The notes beneath the pieces are model-generated. The model made no database searches. It was not told the DNA's origin and saw only the letters and a program-made list of their open reading frames with translations. Positions 27,987 through 32,000 of a stretch of DNA of 32,000 nt are shown piece by piece. The translations under genes were made by a program, and so were the position numbers. Numbering within the stretch: the stretch's first letter is position 1; the number at the start of each line of letters is the position of its first letter. The stretch is from Gemmata obscuriglobus (GTDB taxonomy: Bacteria; Planctomycetota; Planctomycetia; Gemmatales; Gemmataceae). Where the stretch lies: assembly GCF_008065095.1 (NCBI RefSeq), contig NZ_CP042911.1, positions 4,230,001 to 4,262,000 on the forward strand, given 5' to 3'.

Positions 27987-29057
27987 ATGGAACACACGTC
28001 GCACGAGTTCTTGAAGGCGCTGTTGGAAACGCCCAGCCCGTCGGGGTTCGAGCAGCCGATCCAGCAGGTCGTTCGCGAGCGGATGAAGCCGTTCGCCGAC
28101 GAGGTCCGCACGGACTCGCACGGGAACGTGTTCGCGACCCGGTTCCCGGAGGGGCGCCCGGCGGACGCCCCGCGCGTCATGCTCGCCGGGCACTGCGACC
28201 AGATCGGCCTGATGGTGCAGTACATCGACTCCGACGGGTTCCTGTACATTCAGCCCATCGGCGGCTGGGACATGCAGATCCTGCTCGGGCAGTACCTCAC
28301 CGTCTGGACCAAGACCGGGCCGGTGACCGGGGTGGTGGCGCGCCGCGCCATCCACCTGCTGAAGCCGGAAGAGCGGAACAAGGTGCCGGACTTCGCCGAC
28401 GTGTGGGTCGACATCGGGGCCAGGAACAAGGAAGAAGCGGAATCGCTCGTTCAGTGCGGCGACCCGCTCACGTTCGCGCTCGGGTACCGGCCGCTCCGCA
28501 ACGGCCTGGCCGCTAGCCCCGCAATGGACGACAAGGTCGGGCTGTGGGTGTGCATGGAAGCGGTGCGGCTGCTCCACGGGCGCCTGCTCAAGGCGGCGGT
28601 GTACGGCGTTTCGACGGTCGCCGAGGAGATCGGCCTGCGCGGCGCGACGACCGCCACCTATGCCGTGAACCCGACCGTCGGCATCGCGGTGGACGTGACC
28701 CACGCGACCGACGTGCCGAGCGGCGACAAGAAGACGCAGGGCGACATCAAGTGCGGCGGCGGCCCGGTGCTGTACCGCGGGCCGAACATCAGCCCGCGCG
28801 TCTTCGACCTGCTGGAGGCAACCGCGAAGGCCCACAACATTCCCGTCCAGGTGCGCGGCACGCCGCGCGCCACCGGCACCGACGCCAACGCCATCCAGAT
28901 CGCCCGGGAGGGCGTCGCCACCGGCCTGATCGGCATCCCGAACCGCTACATGCACAGCCCGGTCGAGGTCGTTCACCTCGACGACCTGTCGAACTCCGCC
29001 AAGCTGCTCGCGGAGTTCTGCGCGGCGGTCGGGCCTGACACGAACTGGATCCCGTGA
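27987..29057 (+). CDS. M42 family metallopeptidase (glutamyl aminopeptidase / FrvX-like)
   Basis: Metal-ligand blocks MLAGHCDQIG, MDDKVG and AEEIGLRGA, plus a late RYMHSP block. 356 aa, ATG start. Confidence 0.88.
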   Translation: MEHTSHEFLKALLETPSPSGFEQPIQQVVRERMKPFADEVRTDSHGNVFATRFPEGRPADAPRVMLAGHCDQIGLMVQYIDSDGFLYIQPIGGWDMQILLGQYLTVWTKTGPVTGVVARRAIHLLKPEERNKVPDFADVWVDIGARNKEEAESLVQCGDPLTFALGYRPLRNGLAASPAMDDKVGLWVCMEAVRLLHGRLLKAAVYGVSTVAEEIGLRGATTATYAVNPTVGIAVDVTHATDVPSGDKKTQGDIKCGGGPVLYRGPNISPRVFDLLEATAKAHNIPVQVRGTPRATGTDANAIQIAREGVATGLIGIPNRYMHSPVEVVHLDDLSNSAKLLAEFCAAVGPDTNWIP

Positions 29058-29189
29058 GCCCGGCTGTCTGAAATTCTGGCGCGTGGGCGTTTCCCGGCGC
29101 CCTTTTGCGCCCGGTTTGTCTGCGCGCCGCACGGGCGCGCTCTAGTCTTCGGCCGACCAAGCTCGCCCGACCCGGCTGGAGCCCTGCCC

Positions 29190-30368
29190 GTGGCAACGCA
29201 CACCAAGCTGCCCCGCCTGAACACCCCGTTCCTCACGGCGGTCCGCAAAAGTGGACTGCTCACCCCCGACGACCTGATCGCGGTGCTCCAGGCGACCAAC
29301 ATCGACTTCGCCACCGCGGAGCCGATGCAGGTCGCCTCGCTCCTGGTCCGGAAGAAGCTGCTGACCAAGTTCCAGGCGATGCAACTGCTCCAGGGGCGGA
29401 CCCAGGGGTTCGTTCTGGACCAGTACCGCATCCTCGACGGCATCCGGCAGGACCGCGTCGGGATGGTGTTCAAAGCCGAGGACACCCACACGAAGCGGCT
29501 CGTTTCGCTGAAGGTGCTGCCCACCGACCGGGCCAACGACCCGACCGTCCTCGAAGCGTTCATGCACGAGGTCCGGGCCGCGGCGAAGGTGAACCACCCG
29601 AACGTGGCCCGGGTGCTGGACGTCGGGTACTGGCAGGGCACGCACTTCGTCGTGTCCGAACACGTGCCGGGCGTCACGCTGGACCGGCTGGTGGCGGAGA
29701 AGGGACCGCTGGCCGCGCACGTCGCGGCGCAGCTCGTCGCCCAGGTGGCCATCGGCCTGATGCACGCGCACGCCTGCGGGCTGATCCACCGCGACCTGAA
29801 GCCCGGCAACATCGCCGTGCTCCCGGACCGGGGCGTGAAGCTCATCGACCTGGGGCTGACGCACATGCTGGAAAGCCCGTGGGCGCGGGTCACCAAGCGC
29901 ATCAGCACGAAGGAGTACGCCGAGGAGATCGCGCACATCGCGCCCGAGCAGGCGTGGGGCTGCGAGATGGACGGCCGCAGCGACGTGTACAGCCTCGGTT
30001 CGACCTTCTACTTCATGCTGACGGGCGAGGTCCCGTTCCCGGGGCTGGCGCCCGAGATGATGTCCGAGCGGCAGATCCGCGGGATCCCATCGCCGGCGAA
30101 ATTGCGCCACGGGATCGCCCCCGAGATCGACCTCATCGTGAGGCGGATGGGCGCCAAAGACCCGCACCAGCGGTACTCGTCGGCCCGCGAGGTGGTGAAG
30201 GCGCTGCAAGCGTGGCTGCCGGTGAGTCAGCTCCAGCAACTGGGGCTGTCGCAGGAGCACGCGACCCTGGACGCCATGACCGCGACGGCCGCGCCCGTTT
30301 CTCAGCCGGCCGCTCCGGCCAAGGCCGGCGGCTTGCGCGGCCTGCTCCGCCGGCTGATCGGCAGTTAG
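29190..30368 (+). CDS. Ser/Thr protein kinase with atypical glycine-rich loop
   Basis: VSLKVL lysine, HRDLKPGN, DLG in place of DFG, and IAPEQ. The expected GxGxxG region reads DGIRQDRVGMV. GTG start. Confidence 0.85.
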   Translation: MATHTKLPRLNTPFLTAVRKSGLLTPDDLIAVLQATNIDFATAEPMQVASLLVRKKLLTKFQAMQLLQGRTQGFVLDQYRILDGIRQDRVGMVFKAEDTHTKRLVSLKVLPTDRANDPTVLEAFMHEVRAAAKVNHPNVARVLDVGYWQGTHFVVSEHVPGVTLDRLVAEKGPLAAHVAAQLVAQVAIGLMHAHACGLIHRDLKPGNIAVLPDRGVKLIDLGLTHMLESPWARVTKRISTKEYAEEIAHIAPEQAWGCEMDGRSDVYSLGSTFYFMLTGEVPFPGLAPEMMSERQIRGIPSPAKLRHGIAPEIDLIVRRMGAKDPHQRYSSAREVVKALQAWLPVSQLQQLGLSQEHATLDAMTATAAPVSQPAAPAKAGGLRGLLRRLIGS

Positions 30369-30612
30369 TGGGGGCGGAGGCGCCCTTTCCCGTTCGCCCG
30401 GTGCCCCGGCGTCCTGGTCCGCGCACCGTAAATTGCCTTAACGAACTTATAGGCGATCCACATATGTGTAGTGTGGGGCAATAGTCCATAAGGTCAGATG
30501 TTTTACCTTCGGTATCGCTTCGTTCTTGCGTGACAACCGCTCCGGGATCGGGTCTAATGGGACCGGCGTCGTACCCCCACCGCCCACCTTTCCCTTTGCC
30601 GGAGCGTGTCTC

Positions 30613-31659
30613 ATGTTGCCCGCCGACAAGAACCCGTCCTGCCCGGATTGCACGTCCGCTCCCGCCGCTGCGACCCCGGCCATCGCACGCCGTGACTTCA
30701 TCCGCATCCTGGGCACGGCCGCCGTCGCCGTCACCGGGCTGACCCCGTTTCAAAAGGCCCGCGCGGCCCGCGCCGAAAAGCAGTCGCAGGCTGAGGGGCT
30801 CGTGTTCGAGCTGTACAAGAGCCTCAACTCGGAGCAGCGGAAGAAGCTGGTGCGCCCCTGGGATCACGGCGTGAGCAACGGCAAAGGCACCCCGGCGCGG
30901 CTGCTGACCCACAACGCGGCCGACGGCAAGTCGAAGATCGGTGAGGAGTACAACAAGAAGCAAATCGAGCTGCTGGACCGGATCTTCCGCGCGATCGCAA
31001 ACGGCGACGAGGGGTACAGGCAGTTGAGCCGTGACGGGCGGTTCGACGCCAGCAACGACTTCGAGAACATCGGCGCTCTGATTTACGGCGAGGCGGTCGA
31101 GGGGCAGAAGTTCTCGTTGGTGTTCTGCGGGCACCACCTCACCGTGCGGTGCGACGGGAACTCGGAGCAGTCGGTGGCGTTCGGCGGCCCGCTGTATTAC
31201 GGCCACACCCCAAACGGGTACGCGAAGACCAACGTGTTCAGCAAGCAGACGAAGGCCGCAACCGACCTGTTCGGGGCGCTCGACGCCGACCAGAAGAAGA
31301 CCGCCGTGCTGCCCGGCCGTTGGGTGGACGAGCACACCGGGGTGAAGGTGCCGAAGAAGGGCGCGAAGGTGCCCGGGCTGGGCTACTCGGACATGACGAA
31401 GGAGCAGAAGGAGCTGACCCAGAAGGTGATGGCCGAGGTAGTTTCCCCATACCGTCAAGAGGATGGGGCGGAGGTGATGGAGATCATCAAGGCGAACGGA
31501 GGCATGGAGAAGCTGTCGATGGCGTTCTACGAGGAAGACAAGCGGAACGAGAAGGAACCGTGGAGCTACTGGCGGCTAGAAGGGCCGGGGTTCGTGTGGA
31601 GCTTCCGCTCGCTCCCGCACGTTCACACGTTTGTAAACGTTACTAGCCTAATTAGCTGA
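30613..31659 (+). CDS. Tat-signal DUF3500 domain protein
   Basis: Twin-arginine motif ARRDFIRILGTAAVAV. The body resembles DUF3500 (FCGHHLTVRC..., WRLEGPGFVWSFR, PHVHTFVNV). The start is taken at ATG 30613, with GGAG 8 nt upstream; the track start at 30526 is less likely. Confidence 0.75.
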   Translation: MLPADKNPSCPDCTSAPAAATPAIARRDFIRILGTAAVAVTGLTPFQKARAARAEKQSQAEGLVFELYKSLNSEQRKKLVRPWDHGVSNGKGTPARLLTHNAADGKSKIGEEYNKKQIELLDRIFRAIANGDEGYRQLSRDGRFDASNDFENIGALIYGEAVEGQKFSLVFCGHHLTVRCDGNSEQSVAFGGPLYYGHTPNGYAKTNVFSKQTKAATDLFGALDADQKKTAVLPGRWVDEHTGVKVPKKGAKVPGLGYSDMTKEQKELTQKVMAEVVSPYRQEDGAEVMEIIKANGGMEKLSMAFYEEDKRNEKEPWSYWRLEGPGFVWSFRSLPHVHTFVNVTSLIS

Positions 31660-31800
31660 TCGATGCGGGCGCGGTGATCGAACACGAATCACCGGCTCCG
31701 CCCGACTACTTCCCGATTACACCGGCATCACCGGCGAGCCACCGTGGGTGCGCCCGTGATGCCTCGTCGATCACGTTCGTGACTTACCCGGTGTGCGAGG

Positions 31801-32000
31801 TCAATCTCCCACGCGCACGCTGCGCCCGGCTTGTACCCGGACGTTGTCTTCCACCCGTTGAGCCCGGCCCCCGTTCGCCGGAACCACCCACACCGCGTAG
31901 ACCCCGGGCGGAACACACAGCTCCACCCGGTAAGCGGTCGCTACTTGGACCGCGACGTGATTCTTCTCGCCCGGACCGGGGTCGCGCGGGTCCGTCAGAA
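31801..32000 (-). CDS. 3-prime end of a gene entering from beyond the window; C-terminal beta-sandwich-like (carboxypeptidase-regulatory-like) segment
   Basis: My own translation of the minus strand: LTDPRDPGPGEKNHVAVQVATAYRVELCVPPGVYAVWVVPANGGRAQRVEDNVRVQAGRSVRVGD, with stop TGA at 31803-31801. Not in the track because the start lies outside the window. High GC3. Confidence 0.45.
   Translation of the reverse strand, partial: LTDPRDPGPGEKNHVAVQVATAYRVELCVPPGVYAVWVVPANGGRAQRVEDNVRVQAGRSVRVGD

Overview
Very GC-rich bacterial chromosomal segment. Nearly all real genes have G/C at third codon positions, and the six-frame track is full of long spurious antisense or out-of-frame ORFs. The track also counts GTG and TTG as starts. 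The gene content points to a Planctomycetota (Gemmataceae-like) host, but that is inference only: two eukaryote-type Ser/Thr kinases, a Tat-signal DUF3500 protein, a zinc-ribbon/DUF4282 protein, DUF2752, DUF4349, and CAGGAT-type intergenic repeats. All family calls come from motifs read by eye; no database search was run.

Layout:
- 1-2473: nitrate-assimilation-type genes, a NirB-like flavoprotein (5-prime end outside the window) and a NarK-type porter.
- 2519-13602: accessory-looking segment bounded by two directly repeated IS1-family copies. It holds an orphan receiver, an HDOD-Ser/Thr kinase fusion and an IS1 relic. These are followed by a tightly packed plus-strand cluster: an HEPN-like (R-x4-H) protein, an unassignable 85-aa ORF, a MacB/LolD-type ABC ATPase and a 1172-aa double-FtsX permease.
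- 13992-23786: housekeeping genes. On the plus strand: malQ and a DUF4349 lipoprotein. On the minus strand: iscX, hscA, a zinc-ribbon/DUF4282 protein, a PIG-L deacetylase, dapA, an O-methyltransferase, a lipoprotein and DUF2752.
- 23945-25196: an ISAs1-family element with clean inverted repeats, an 8-bp target duplication and a frameshifted transposase.
- 25248-32000: tilS, purH, a 98-bp palindrome, an M42 peptidase, a second Ser/Thr kinase, DUF3500, and the 3-prime end of a minus-strand gene.

The best candidate for something undescribed is the HEPN-like plus small-ORF pair. It sits against an IS1 relic and appears operonic with the ABC transporter. No CRISPR array, rRNA or tRNA was found.
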